From the NCBI GenBank assembly GCA_904063045.1, contig CAJFCJ010000002.1, positions 4,211,891-4,275,890 of the forward strand: DNA of 64,000 nt. Reading direction: 5' to 3'. The position numbers and the translations under genes are program-made. The notes beneath the pieces were generated by a model, which saw nothing but the letters and a program-made list of their open reading frames with translations, was not told the origin of the DNA and did no database searches. This DNA is from Dimorphilus gyrociliatus. Lineage: Eukaryota; Animalia; Annelida. Below, in pieces: positions 13,572 through 28,100 of this stretch (position 1 is its first letter; each line of letters begins with the position of its first letter).

Positions 13572-14444
13572 CGAGTTAAATGTTTGGACAGAAAATCAAC
13601 TGATCTCCTAGAAAACCGGCGATATTTGCTATACGAAAATTCCTCGAGTTTTTACTACCAGTTTTCTCAAATGAATGCTGGAACACTTTGCTCCGAATAT
13701 TTTTTAAAAAAAAAAGCGGATTCTTAATTTTTTATTTGACTTTTTCATGCAGATGACAGTATTCGTTAACTGTTGAAAACTTGATGAATATTCTATAGCG
13801 AATCTCTATACGTACTTTTCCGAATAGTGTCGTAAATATTTCTGTGTTCAGTAAAACTGTAAAACTTTTATTTTTTTAAGAATGGTAGAATTAAGTTTTA
13901 AAATTTGGATAAATATAGATTATTATTATCTTTGAGCATTGAAACATCTTTGTTACACCGATATATGTATTAAAAAAAAATAATGAGAGAGGGAGAGGTA
14001 AGCAAGAAAATGACTAGTTGCATGACTATCGTTTATTCTAGATTTATTTTTACTCACAACTAAAAAACAAAGGTGCTGTACGAATGTTATCAAAGGGTAT
14101 CACGCACGTATGATCTCATATCCAAGATGTTAATATGTCAATCAGTGTTATGGTAAAAGGCCAATTACTAAATAACACTTAAAATTTTGGAGGATATGCT
14201 TTGTTTTGCCAGCTGCCAACTTCTTGAAAAGTTATTATATGCATTAAAACAAAAGAGAGAAATCTGTAATTCATACTTGAAAACAAAACAAGTTATAAAA
14301 AATGGTATATTTTTAGAATTTTTTATCAAAATAATATAAAAGTTGTTTACTGATCGGATTGAAAAGGTTTGCTGAATTGATACTTGAACAAAGACTATGG
14401 ATATTACGCCTTCTATAATTGCATCTATCAATTGTCAATATTTT

Positions 14445-14655
14445 CCCTCTGGCCTTCCCTTTTTACCTCTACCAACCCCAGACCCCCTCCCCTCTCTCCC
14501 TCTATCCAAATTCTCTCCCTGAAGCGACTCTATTTTTTTTTCTTCTCTCCCAACGCTATCCGTCACCTGTCTACCTCCCATTCCCTCCCCCCTCCCCCCC
14601 CTACTCTGTTCGATTTCTCTTGTTACCATACTTTTATCCTGCCACCCCTCTTCTG
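14445..14655. repeat. C/T-rich polypyrimidine tract with two G-quadruplex-type motifs on the minus strand
   Basis: Four C-runs at 14476-14500 and four at 14577-14601. The segment is far more GC-rich than its surroundings. Confidence 0.75.
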
Positions 14656-17600
14656 TCGCTCCAACTATTGATATTTCGGAATAAGAAGCTCTTTGTTCTT
14701 TTTCAGGTGAACTAGTGGTCACAGATGTGTTTTTTTTTTAGAGGTAAATAGAGACGAAAAGCGGGCCAAAAGACTTTTTATCCGATTTATGTCAGGCAAT
14801 CGTCCATAAATGAATAAAATTCTAAAAAAAGAATGTTTGACTCAAGCTCCCTCATTTTCTTTGTTACAAAAGTGTCACACCCTTCTGAAGATCTCTTCTA
14901 TTCACATCTTTACCGCGTAGGAAAGATTACGTGTACGATAGTGTTAGACTTTGACATTGCACCAAATTACTACAAAATTGGCTAGTGATAAGGACGTTTT
15001 TGCCTTCATTCTCATGGTCATTCAATATCCTATTGCTACACCTGCTCTATTGCGTAATCACTTTTATCTTGATTCTTCATTATTCTAGAAACGTCTTCTA
15101 TAGTTGTAATTCTGACGACATAGATGACTCATTCTTTAAAAAAAGATATGGGTTAAAGTTCTCACCGCCTTCATAAACCTTATTTATCAGGTGTCCATGC
15201 AAGCAGAACGCTAGCACTATTAAATAAACACAAGCCTATCTATTTCTTGATTCATAACGTAACAAATATAAACGGTCATAAACACACCAATACTTAAGAT
15301 TTAGTGCAAAGAAAACAAATTATTTGTCTTATTTGCTTGTATTTATCATATATATTAATATACATATATAAACTTGTTGGCTAATTAATGAAATTATTAA
15401 GAAAATTGAATTTAAAGCTGAATTATCAGATTTTTTTTGGTAGTAATCTATGTTATATACGATGACTAACTATTAAAGTGACATTGTTGAGCATTTACTG
15501 CGCAGTAATTCTAGGATAAATTTTTGTTACATCTGTGTATTCCGTAAAATCAATATTTTACTCATAATATATTGTTTATACATATATTTACATATAAAGT
15601 CTATAGACAGGAAGGGTTAATATACATAATTTCTCATAAATTATACACTTAACTGTCTGTATAGTGAATAATGAAGCAAAAATGCTTAGAAGAGAAGACA
15701 ATCTGAGCTATATATTTACAACTAAGTATTGAAAATAGTAAGAGAGGATATATAATGGTTGATTAGAAATAATCTTAACCGTAAAGGCTTCAGACATATT
15801 TCGTATCAAACGTATAATAAAAGATGCCGTTTTTGTCGATTGTACGCTGCCGTTCTTATATCAATTTGTCTTTTAGGCGGTGATGTTATTTTCTGGAAGC
15901 TGGTTAACCTTTATGCTGCGTTCATACTTCTTAGAGGAATGCCTTTCATCTTCATTCACCAAAAGCTCAATATCTAATTAAAACTGTAATTGCTCTCTCG
16001 AGCTTGTAAGTATTCTTGTTAGAGGAAGGAAAAAGTCTGTGATATCATTCAAAAAAAAAACTTAAAGCTTGTAAATATAATTTCACTTTTAATTACTGGC
16101 AGAAAGTAATTCTCACTTCATCTCGTTGGAGAAAATTCTTCAATTTACGTCAATTATTTCCGACATGAATGTGCTTATTACTATCAATGATATTTTCTAG
16201 TGTATATTTATTCTCAATACAATAAACATAGCTACTTTTCTTAGTCATATGGAAGATATAATGCAAGTTCGTGAAGATTATTTGAAAGAAGACTGTTCTT
16301 ATTAACGTTTGAAAAGAAACAAAGAAAACTAAATTAAAATAAATCATTCCCTAGGCCTATATTGTATGTATCGGTTCTTTCAAAAAAGGTATTACACCGT
16401 GACATCATATACGGAGTCATACTTCTAAAATTACCGATGGCGTGCCTATGGTTCAGTGGAATTGGTAATTTAGAACGGTACACCAAAAGTTTTCGATATC
16501 CAGTGATCGACATGACTAATCGCTATAACCTATAATGTTGCCCATTTCATTCCTCACTCCAACAGAGAATTGCAAGGTCGGCAGACTATTTTTACTGCAC
16601 GACTTTATATTTAGAGACCTAAATTAGCAAGATTTTTATAAATTATTCCAGAAAAAAGATGAAGAACATACAGTATATTAGAATATACAGTATGCGGAGA
16701 TAAAGTGAAAAATGATTCTCATTAAGAGTTAAAAACTCCTATCTTAGCATTCGTAAACATGTACTGAATGGAACTGAATACTATATACAGCCTTAACCTT
16801 CTTTTATGTTTATTTTTTCTTAAGTTTTACACTCGTACAGAAAGAATTTGTCTATTTAAACAGAAAAAGATATATTATCTTCTAATACTTATATATACAT
16901 ATATTAATATATTCCAATTGATTGTTCAATCTAGAATAAAAACATAATTTTTTTATCTATACTACAATCATATCTAGGGCCGTTAACCACAGAAAAAAAT
17001 TACTGCTTTTCGCTTTCCATTAGATGATAAAGTCTTTTGCCTTAGGCCTATATTTACACCGAATCGACAAATGAAATGATTTATAGAAAATAAGTTTGGT
17101 AGAGTGAAACATTTTTTTTACCATTCCTATTTGAACTATTTCAGCATTTGTTTGATTATCAAAGTGGAAGTGTCGAAGAGTCCTCGTATATTTTGATCTA
17201 CGTGAGCAATTTAGATCAACATCTATATCGGCAAGGACAGAGAAATATAAAAATTCGGCAGCAAAAGTGTCTTATGATAGGAAAATTGCCTCTGGCAGAT
17301 GTCCAATTCTTTCGTATACCCTTTCCCACCCTTCCTCTCAACCTCCCCTCTCTCTTTCTATTCTTTTTTTATAACAGCCCTCTTTTCCATGCCACTCTTT
17401 ATGCCCTGAATTGTCGTAATAGGAAAAAAATAACAATTAGACGATGTCCTGTAGTTCTTTTTTAAGAAGATTTTAAGTTAAAAAAAGAAAATTTTAACAG
17501 CTGAAGGTTTCCCATAAAATATTTGGGATATTTCTTTTTTAGTTGTTGATTCATTTTGTTGTTTCATTATCATTTTTCCTTTTTCAAACTGCTAGGCTTA

Positions 17601-19804
17601 AAGTGGGAATTATTATTTACTTGAGAAAGAAATGCGGAAACATCTGCTTATGACAAAGTCAACAATCGATAAATGAATGTTTGGAAACCAAGAAAAAAAC
17701 AGTTATTTTCCTTATAAACCAAAACGATTTTTATTTGATATTATTAGAGGGAAAAAGGGATTAAAGGAGAGGATTTTTTTTATTCTATCGACTCTTTCCT
17801 TTGTCATAAGAAATTATAAATTATCCCAGAGGATAAAGCAACATCTAGACACGCAAAAGAAATTTTCACAGACCAAGACCTTGATTACGTAAAGAAGTAG
17901 ATGTTTTCCTAACAGCGGTTAGTATATACCATCGTATGGTTTGGCATTCGTCCAAGAATCATAAACAAACTAGTAGATTAACGAATAAGCTATATAGTAA
18001 GTAAATATGACGTTACTCTATTTTAAAAAGAATATCATGGTTCCCTTCCGTTCTATTGATTCTCTATTCCTTACTTATAAAAAAGTAGATAAATCGGTCA
18101 AATAGATTTCTTTCTTAGTTATAGGAGATAGGAGTAAATTGTTTTTTTGTACATATTTGTCGCAATATTATTTAATTAAGCTAATAATTCTATTAAATTA
18201 TTAAAGGTATTGAAAGTTTTAGGATTATTTAGTCAACTTAGTCCAACATTTATTTTATTTTGTGGGGCTTTGAAAAAAGATTATGGATTTCAATATTTTG
18301 AACTATTTCTTATTAAAGCTTAAAAACACCTAAGTCGAATTTTAACTCAGCTGTTTAAATAATTTGAGTGGGTTATAGGCTTATCTTATCAGCTGTTAAT
18401 TCTTGTTTACGAGTTGACCTAATTGCATAATTTATGCTAAGGCCTGGAGAGATTGTATCTGTTTGTTGAATTATGACATGATGAGAAAAAAGATATCGTT
18501 TATTGAAACACTTGAATATTTTATAAATATTGTTTTTACATTTTTCTGCTCAAGTATATTTGATGGGCAAAAACTAGATTAAAAAAATTGTTAAAATCTA
18601 TATCACACCTTGAACAAAACAACAATTCCTCTAATTATACATTGAAGCAATAGACCTTTATTACAGAACTTGGAAGTGGTATTGATTCAATCTATGTTAT
18701 GCTTTTAATTAATAAACAATCGATAAGTTTATTTGTATTCTATTTTAAGGATAAAATATGTAATTTTAAGTTTTTATAATGGACATTTGCAAAAGAAATG
18801 AATTTGTATACAGCATATATATGGAAATTTATAGTCTATAACTGAATGCAACCAAGTGGAAATCACATGGCCCATGCCGTCTCTTTCTAATTATTGAAAA
18901 CGTCTCCTTTGTCATTGCTTTGGGTATTATCAAATGTTCACGCACATGCGCTCATTTCCATATATATAGCTACTCCATTGAAACATTTTTATCAATAAAA
19001 AAAACTCACAGAACGCATTGAAAATATATGACTTCGTGTATTAGACGCGAAACTTTAATATGTTTGTATAGTACATACGTAAACATTTTCCCTCCACCTA
19101 CCTCTTTTACCTTTTATACTTTTTAACTTGTATCAGCATTTTACCTTTAGGCCTTGGCTCAAATTTTATTCATGCATAGTATTTTAGGCGTGTGTGTACT
19201 TAATCTCTGCTATTAGAGATATGCTTAAGAGAACACGACCCATTCGAATTAATTGGAAAATATTAGTATTACACTACTTCCTCCTTATTCGTTCACTCAA
19301 TTTCCCTTAATAATTCGATAAACTAGCACCATATGTCGTGTATTAAACGCTAATGAAAGGTTTGAGAAAGACTCAAAGGTTTTGATGGCTCTTAGAAAAA
19401 AAAACATTTTTGTCATAATTGTTCCAAACGATACCCTCGTGATAAGACACAAAGTGTGGTCTTTTGAATTTTTACTTTCCTTTTGAAGTAGATGAAGTAA
19501 TACTCTTTCAACTCGCCGCGTTTAAATAACAAAAGTTTGGCAGAAACTTGCCGCCTGTTTATCTATAAGCCTATAAATAGCTCTTTGTTAGATCTTTGTT
19601 TTGCTATGGGTACAATATTTTCGTGCCTAGTCAACATATTTGTAAATCCTTTTCAATGTAAATGATATTTAAATAAGAACTAAATAACATTCAAATTCAA
19701 ATTTTCAAAGCTTTAATTGCCCAAGCGTCACAACAAAGAGAGTTCGTATTCGGGTTATATTTACTCACGATATTGTAAACATGGAGAAATTGAAGACAAA
19801 AGGC

Positions 19805-22577
19805 CTATTCGGCAGATTGGGGTTGAGGTTTTTGGATTGTTTCTTGTAATTTTGGTAGATTTGCTTCTTGATTATCAGTTCCCCCATAAGATGTTAAATC
19901 AGCATAATTAGCCAAGCCTTTATTTTCATGGCTATTTCTCATACCATAGACAAAATATATTAATAAACCAATAGCTAGCCAAATCAGCAGCCTCATCCAC
20001 GTGACAAAGCCCAATTTTAACATCATTGTAACATTGATAAAGACTGACAAAGTAGGTAAGAACGGAACAAAGGGTACCTGTATTTGTAAGTAACGAAAGT
20101 TAATACATATTTTATTATTTATGATTTAATATTGAATTCAAATGTAAGATAAAATACTTGGAAGGTTTTAAAGCTGACGTTTTTTTCGTGAAGCATAAGA
20201 ATTAAGAGACAAATAGTAATGGCCGAAGCAAAAATTATCAATAGCATGATTCTCCACCAAGTGAATTCGTTGTCAGATGGAAAAACTATTAGGATAGCAA
20301 ATATAACTATAAAGGTTATCATACTGAAGATAGTTATAGAAGTAGTGTGCTGATGAGACAATTTAGACAGATAGGGATCATTCTGAAAAGAAAAAAGTGG
20401 ATAAATCATTAAGAGAAAGGGCGTTCGGATAAAGTTGAGCCTTTACTCTGAATCTCGTCTTAAGTTTTCCAATATTTTCATGCGCTTGGCTTGCTTCAAT
20501 TATCTTCTTGGTTTCAGAGGTATCATCATCATCGTCATCTTCCCTTGTTGCCTCAGGATCAGATTTTAGTTCAAATTGGCAAGAACTCGCGGGCTGATAT
20601 CGCAGAATAAGAATACTGGTCGCAACGATAGTAAAGCTGTCAAAACAAGAAGAGTAATGGATGTGGTTAGTTGCTAATCACTGACATTTATGATGCGAAA
20701 CCGTTTTTGTATACCTCAAAAGGGTACCAATTGAAAGAAATTCCACTAGAGTATCGATGTCCAATAATAGGGCGCAAAATCCTGAAGCCAAACCAAAGCA
20801 GACGATAGCCACAATCGGCGTCTGTGTCCTCTGATTGACCCTTGAAAAAATGCTGAACAAAAGACCGTCGCTAGCCATTGAGTAAACAGCTCTTGGCATG
20901 GAAAACATTGATCCTAGCATGGATGTACTGATACAGCTTAAAGCGCCTAGTGCAACAATATATTTCACCCAATTAACTCCCCTAAAGGCGAATGCTGCTG
21001 GAAAAGGTGCAGCTAGGTCGACGGTATCTGAAGGTACCATTAACGTTAAGGCTGCTGAACATCCTACATAAAGTAAGGTGACAATGGCCATGCTACTTCC
21101 AGTTGCAATCGGTAAACTCCTAGATGGCTGTTGAGCTTCTTCCCCAGCAATAGCTATTCCTTCAAAACCAATATAAGCGTAGAAGCAAGTAGCAGCTCCT
21201 GCGAAAACGCCATGCCACCCTTTCTGAAGGAATCCTTTATCAGTCCAGTTACTTAATTGAGCTAGGGATAAGCCAGCGCAGATTATGATAAGAATCACAA
21301 CTAGATTGATGACAGTAAAAATGGAATTGACGGTGATGGATAATTTAGCTCCAGTTGCAACGCATACCATTACGACGATAACAGCTAGAAGGGCTATAAA
21401 ATCAGCATATTTACTTAATCCTGCTGCATGTATTTCCCCTAATCCGCTTAAAGTAACTCCCGAGTATTAGATATAATTAGTTGGTTTATGGCGATAATTT
21501 TTTCTCATTTTGTTAATACTACTTCTTAACTATTATGTAATCGAGAGTTGGCTGAAACGTCGGACACGCGATACAATTAAAGTTAGTGATAACGGGACAA
21601 AACTGTCAGTATAATTAAACTATAGAAAGGATCTAAACCCTCCATTAACGCATCAGCGATAAACTTTCGGCTTGGGAGTGTCCAGATACATCTCTAATTT
21701 CGGCTCCTTTTTCAAATTTAAATTAAAGCTTAGTTTTTTTTTATTTAATGGACTAGCAATCCGTCAGGTATTTATCATTAGACGTCTTTGAAAATGGAGA
21801 CCGACAGAAGAGCATTCTTGTCTGGTCGGGTAAGATTGATTTTTTGTATGCCTTTGACGTCTAAGGCAGGTGGCAAAGATGTCATTAAGGCCGTTTGATT
21901 TTGTAATTTCCTACTTTACGTCTACCTTCTGCTTTCCAACTTTGGGAATAATGCAAATAAAGAATGGGTTTTTGAAAGGGGTAAATTTTATGGATCAAAG
22001 ATTTTAGAACCTTAAGAATTTTTGTTGTTGAATTTCAAATGCATTCTTTAGGCCTATATTCTCCTAAAGTGATAACGCATTGACTGACTGATCAGCAACT
22101 TGGGAATTACTTTAAGGTAGCATTTCTAATCGCCATGTTGAATAAAGAATCAAAACTTGCACTCCAACTTCTGGCTACACTGGCAGCGCCAAGAAGATGT
22201 TCTAGAATAATATTCCATCCGATCAGAAAGGCCCAAAATTCGCCTAAAATTATGTACGTGTACGTGTAAGCCGATCCTGCTTTTGGCACCCTTGCTCCAA
22301 ATTCTGCGTAGCATAAGGCTGATAGTAAAGCTGCTATGCCAGCAATTATATAGGAAAGAATAGTAGCAGGGCCAGCTTCAGCCTTGACAACAGTACCAGT
22401 AAGAACAAAAATGCCAGCACCAATCATATGGCCAATACCTAGAAGGGTTAGGTCGATCGTTGTTAGGCATCTTTTTAAAGGCGTTTCGAGGAGTTCTCCT
22501 TGATCAATCCTTTTTTTACGGTTGATTGTTTGCCAAAGATTTAATGATCTATCCCGGAAATGCAGTAGGCTAGACAT
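19805..22577 (-). CDS. Cationic amino acid transporter (SLC7A1-4/SLC7A14 family); 5 exons: 22577-22111, 21446-20715, 20636-20447, 20382-20158, 20077-19805; ~628 aa
   Basis: Motifs LTLLGIGHMIGAGIF, CYAEFGARVPKAGSAY, FYAYIGFE, MPRAVYSMASDGL, SIGTLLSF and VPFVPFLP...YFVYG. All four introns are GT-AG and phase-consistent. Confidence 0.96.
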
Positions 22578-23591
22578 GACTGAGCTGCAATGTAGTTTTT
22601 TTTAGTATAAACCATATGTTAGCATAATACTGGATTTACAGGGATGCTAACTTGAAATTTTAATTACCTACCTAAACTATAACAAATAAGGACTCATTTC
22701 TGCTATAATTTCAAATGATTAATTTAAATATACATACACACGCAGCCAAAATTTTGCGGAGGCGTCTCACACAGACGTCTAGCAGCCGACACTCATGGCG
22801 AAGAAACGTGGGCGTCTATAGTGCAGGGTTTTTTTAGTGCAGTTGGTGACATCAATATTGCGGCTGTATATATATAGTATACATTCATCATTAACTCTCT
22901 AATTAGCGGTTTCTTTGTGATTTTTAAGGTGAATGTATATCGTAGAAGTGTTCTAGGAAAAGTAAGTGGATGATTAGACGACATTATAACATAATATTTA
23001 CTAAAAAAAGTATATATATAACCAAACAACATAGCAACATGAAGATAGATATACTATTCTCTTCTTCTCGAAGAAAAAGATAGAAAAACTTCACCAAACC
23101 AATCGCATAAAGCAATGTTAGATATTCTACCCGATATTCATGATTACTTCTCACTCCTAGAATATTCTTACTTGTTTACTACATATGATTAATACAATAA
23201 ATTTGTCTACGTATCAAATTTTTTCCAAGGCATTTTGCAGATTCTATGATAGACAACTAAAACGGTTTTCTCTATCAACGTATATGAATAGATGACAAAC
23301 ATCTTCTTCGCTCTTTTCTTTTCTCTAACGTACTACTTTGTATAAGAAAGACATCTATTAGTCGAAAACTAAGTCAGTATGTGTCATTATGAAGTAATCC
23401 CCAAAGAAAATAGATTCTAGTATAAACTAAAAATAGACATTTTACTTCTATGTTACTATACAGAAGAGTTATTAATTAGAGTAATTTCTATAACTTTCTA
23501 TGACAAATATAGATTATGTAGGTATAAATTACTTTCTTTCAATATATAACTGGATAGTATAGATAATAGAAAATGTATATTGCTATATATA

Positions 23592-23611
23592 GAGAGTGTT
23601 TACAAATAGGC
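23592..23611. repeat. (GA)n microsatellite
   Basis: Directly visible. Confidence 0.9.
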
Positions 23612-24888
23612 GAGAGAGAGAGAGAGAGAGAACGACAACAGAGCACATAAAGAAGAAATAGAAGATGAAACTTGATGGATTTTGACAATAAAAAAAAGAA
23701 AACTGCGTTGACAGATAAATTTAATAGAGATAAATATGCAAGAAAAATGCCTGTCTTTATATTTATTTGTATGCTTTTCGCACGAATCTCAACATTAGAT
23801 TCTACCTAAACAAACATAAACATATATTAACAAAAAACAGATTCTCAAATGCCATTTTCGCTCCTTATCTTACTTAAACTAGACATATAATTTAATAAAT
23901 ATATAATAAATCACTTATTTATTTGTAATTTAAAAGATGACCTATTTTCATGGAAAACATTAAAATTTAACTGTAGCTGTTTTTCAACTTTATTGTGATT
24001 TAATGTTCAAATAGTATGCCTTGTTTCTTCAAATATTGTATTGGCACCGCACAGCGTCTTTCATTAGGTCTCCACACGACAAAGTTAACGGTATAGTGTT
24101 ACTTTAAGCTTCTGAATTTACCACTTTGTTTATCTTTTATCAGCTCCTAGCAGAAAGCCCTGTTATCTCTCCCTTTTGAGAAAATCTACCTTTGTATTAG
24201 GTATAAGCAGCGTTTTCGGACCCTGTTCTGCATCTTTTCTTCTCTTCCTACCACCCCCCATCATGCATTTTCCCCTTTATCTATCTATTTATCTTTCTTT
24301 GTTCCCTTCTGTTTTTCTTATTAGAGCTTGTTTATTAAATATTGGCCGGATTGAATATATGCTTTCAGGCCAAATGATGCACAAATGCTTTACCAATGCC
24401 GAAGGCCAATTTCTTCTGTGTAGCCTTGGTTTTATTAGAAACCATTACAATTAAACAAAGAACCAGAAATCATGGTACCCATAAAAAAAGCATGCAATTC
24501 ATGCATATTTATTAGCGTCGGTGCACATAAAACGCGTAAGGCACGCAATTCGCACGCGTTCAGGTTTAGTTAGCTGCACGAGAAATGTCGGTCAAATGGC
24601 AGGGGTTCTCTCTTGACCCAATTCTTGAATATTACGTAACTTGGTATAATAATTCACAGTCGTGTGGCTGTGGTCAAATTTATAAAGGTTCGAACGGATG
24701 TCAGATTACATGACAGGCAGGGGGTGAGGAAGAGTGTACCCATGACGTTTAGACTATTTCTAAAGTATCCGTAGAGCTGTTAGCTACGGCGTCTAAATAT
24801 ATAAACCTTTGAAGATAACTCAGAAATACAGGACGTCCAACTACAATCAGGCTGTTTTTGTATGATGTTCGCATTTTGAGATACAATT

Positions 24889-24975
24889 ATGACGTCATTT
24901 AGTATAGGACTATTAAAGTACTAGATATGTTAAATGCCCGGAAACTACTACTTTCGTATGGTAGCGACATCTGTG
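24889..24975. promoter_or_regulatory. Putative KCC-gene promoter elements: CRE palindrome ATGACGTCAT (24889-24898) and CTCF-like CACAGATGTCGCTAC (minus, 24975-24961)
   Basis: Motif matches 160-250 nt upstream of the SLC12 ATG, in the 2.5-kb spacer between the divergent SLC7 and SLC12 genes. Confidence 0.5.
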
Positions 24976-25137
24976 TTGTGTAAAAGAAATTGACGTGAAA
25001 AAAGCCTTTAAAGTTAGTTGTAGACAGTATATATTATTTTTTGAAAGAGAAATATTTATTCTATAGAATAATTCAAACAGAGTCAGTGATTAGGCAAAAC
25101 GATTATTTAAATATTCAAATAAACAAACGAGACAACA

Positions 25138-28100
25138 ATGAATTTAAAGCAAGTTGAGAAGGAGAAGAAAATAGCAGAGATAGGTATATCGTCAAATCAG
25201 CAATCGAATAGTGAACTATCGATTCAAAATCAATCAATTTCATTGAATATCTCCGACGAAAATGGTAAAGTGTAAACTTTAAAATGATGGACAATTCATA
25301 AAATATCTGTACGCAATGTTTTCATTAATATTTAGTGACTTCCGACGATATCTTAGATGAATCTTTTGCCTTAAGGCAACTATTTAACGTTAGTTAAACG
25401 CTCATATTTTTCCCAATAAAACATAAGAAATATATTTAAAAATTTATATTTTTAGGCTGACAATGAAACTCGAGTAGCTTCACAGTATTTTAAAAGAGAT
25501 TTTCCATCTTCTGAGGGGGGTATTGGGTTAAATCGCAAACCAAAATTAGGCGTAATCTTTGGTGTCTATTTACCAACAATACAGCATATTTTTGGAGTCC
25601 TAATGTTTATTAGAATGGCCTGGATGGTGGGCCACGGTGGTATTTATCAAACGTGGCTTATGGTTTTTCTTTGCTGTTGTGCAACATTTACCACTGCAAT
25701 TTCAATATCTGCAATTGCTACGAATGGTATAGTTCGAGATGGTGGACCCTATTTTATGATTTCAAGGAATATGGGATCGCAAGTAGGAGGAACGATTGGA
25801 ATGTGCTTCTACTTAGGTAAATATTTCTTAAACAATCTTATCAAAACTTATTTAGCTAATTGACGTTCAGCAAATACATTTGCGATAAATCTATACGTTC
25901 TTGGCGGAATAGAGATATTATTAACTCATCTTGCTCCTAGTCTCGCAATTTTTGGTGATATGCACGAAAACCCGGAGAATAATATGAGATTTTACGGTTC
26001 TATTATTATTATCTTAATGGCAGTAGTTGTAGGTTTTGGGGTACGATTCGTGCAGATGCTTGCTCCCGTATCGCTAATTTGCGTAGTAGTTGCAATAGCA
26101 TCGGTCTTTGCTGGAGCTTTTGGAACTATTTCTAAAGGCTATTCAGAACCGAGAATATGTCTTGTCGGCGATCGTTTGTTAAATATAAAAGTTGGTGAAA
26201 AGTGTAACTTAAGCCAAATAGAGCAGGTTTCGTAGTCTTCCAAGAATAAATAATAAAAAAATGATCATTAAAGGTTCGACGTAAATTCTTCTTTTCATCT
26301 TTTTTTTTTAATTAAAATCTATTAATAAATAAAACGTGTAATTCATAAATTTTTAAAGAATTTTCTTTTCAAGGAAGACTACGATTTCATAGCTATTTTG
26401 TTCACAAAATGATAAAGAGTCCTGTAAATATTTCAATGAAAGTGATATAAAGCACGTTCCAGCTATTCCTGGAATGGGATCTGCAGTGTTTGCAGAAAAT
26501 ATACAACAACATCATAGAAACCGAGGTGAAGTTTCACCAGGTACTGTCGGAGATGACAAACGTTACGAAGTAATATCTAAAGAAATGACATCTTTTTTAA
26601 TACTACTCGCTATTTATTTTCCCTCTGTTACGGGTATTTTAACAGGATCTAATTTATCTGGTTTGTAACAAGACTTGTACATTATTTTGTTTTTATTGCT
26701 ATATTTAGAATTAAAATTAAATTATCTTTTTTAATAACAAGGAGATCTCGCGGATCCACAGTCATCTATTCCTATTGGGACTATTGCTGCCCAACTTACT
26801 TGCTCGTTCGTTTACTTGGCTTTTATTATAATTTTAGGCACAAGCGTTAAGGGAGAATTTTTAAGAGATAAATTGGGAGAAAGTCAAGGCGGAAATCTTG
26901 TTGTTGCAAAACTTGCTTGGCCTCATGAGTTGGTTACTTTGATTGGAGCTTTTTGTTCAACAATGGGAGCGGCTCTACAATGCATGTGTAGTGCACCTAG
27001 ATTATTAAGTGCTATTGCTAATGATAATGTTCTTCCTATTCTAAATATTTTCAAAGTTAAATGGAGGTTTCGTTATATATAGAATATCGAAAAGATTACA
27101 TAACCAACAGACTATAATTTAAATATAATTAACTAAGAACAATGCACTCTTTTCCTTATTCTAAATTCAAAGGAATGAACCGATCAGAGCACTCAGCTTA
27201 ACAGTTCTTTTGGCTCTATTAGGAAATTTGACTGCAAAAGTGGAAACTATAGCACCTATTATAGATGTTTATTTTTTGTTTTGTTACTTTTTCGTTAATG
27301 TTATATGCACTATACACAGCTTGCTAAAATTACCTCTTTGGCGTCCCAGATTTAAATACTATCATTGGAGTTTGTCACTCTTCGGTGCGATAATCAATAT
27401 TCTGCTGGTGTTTACGGTTCATTGGTATTATTGGGCAATTTCCTTATTTATTGGACTTACTGTATTCTTTTACATAAGTTTCACGACTTGTCAAGGAGCA
27501 TGGGGACATACAGTAATAGGTTATTAGAAAGATTATTAACCATTATTATGAATTAACTATAATTATTGAGCGTCTTCTTTTCCCTTAAAAATGAAGGTTT
27601 TACCCTCTCATTAGCGCAAAAGATACTCTTTAATACAAGAGACACCGAAATGCAAGTGTTAAATTGGAGGCCTCAATTACTAATTCTTTACAAGCTTGAA
27701 GCAGTTTCTCTAGCCCCAAAATATCCTAGAATATTTAGTATTGCCAGTCAGTTGAAGGCTGGCAGAGGCTTTACTGTCAGTGCTACAATGTTACATGGAG
27801 ATTTGATGGAATTAGAATCAGATATTATTTTAGCAAGACAGCTTTTGAGGACAAGTATGATAGAAGAGGATTTGAATGGTTTTTGTAAAATTCTTGCTAC
27901 TAGAAATCCTATAGAAGCTATAAATATTTTGTAAATTTTTCTATAAACAAAAAAGTTTGAATTATCCTAATGAAATTTCGATATTCTTTCAGATTGCAGA
28001 CTGTAGGCTTAGGAAATCTTAAAGCTAACACTGTTATGTTATCTTGGCCCGAAGATTGGCAACTATCTAATGAAAGAAACAAGGTTTTTATAGGTTAGTT

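Noticed and set aside
14384-14722. Three overlapping 95-98 aa ORFs
   Set aside because: They are artefacts of the stop-poor C/T-rich tract, with low-complexity translations and no splice or homology support.
8398-23951. Exact 15-mer ATGACCTATTTTCAT at 8398 and 23937 (ROR/Rev-erb-like site)
   Set aside because: Matches of this length are expected by chance in 64 kb of such AT-rich DNA, and the flanks show no similarity.
24537-24546. TAAGGCACGC, identical to the first 10 nt of miR-124
   Set aside because: The rest of the mature sequence does not match and there is no pre-miRNA-length hairpin. Only a short AACGCGT/ACGCGTT repeat is present.
25372-25455. Apparent GC donor (AAG|GCAACT) in the SLC12 gene
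   Set aside because: Frame analysis requires a phase-0 junction, which the canonical GTTAGT donor a few codons later supplies.
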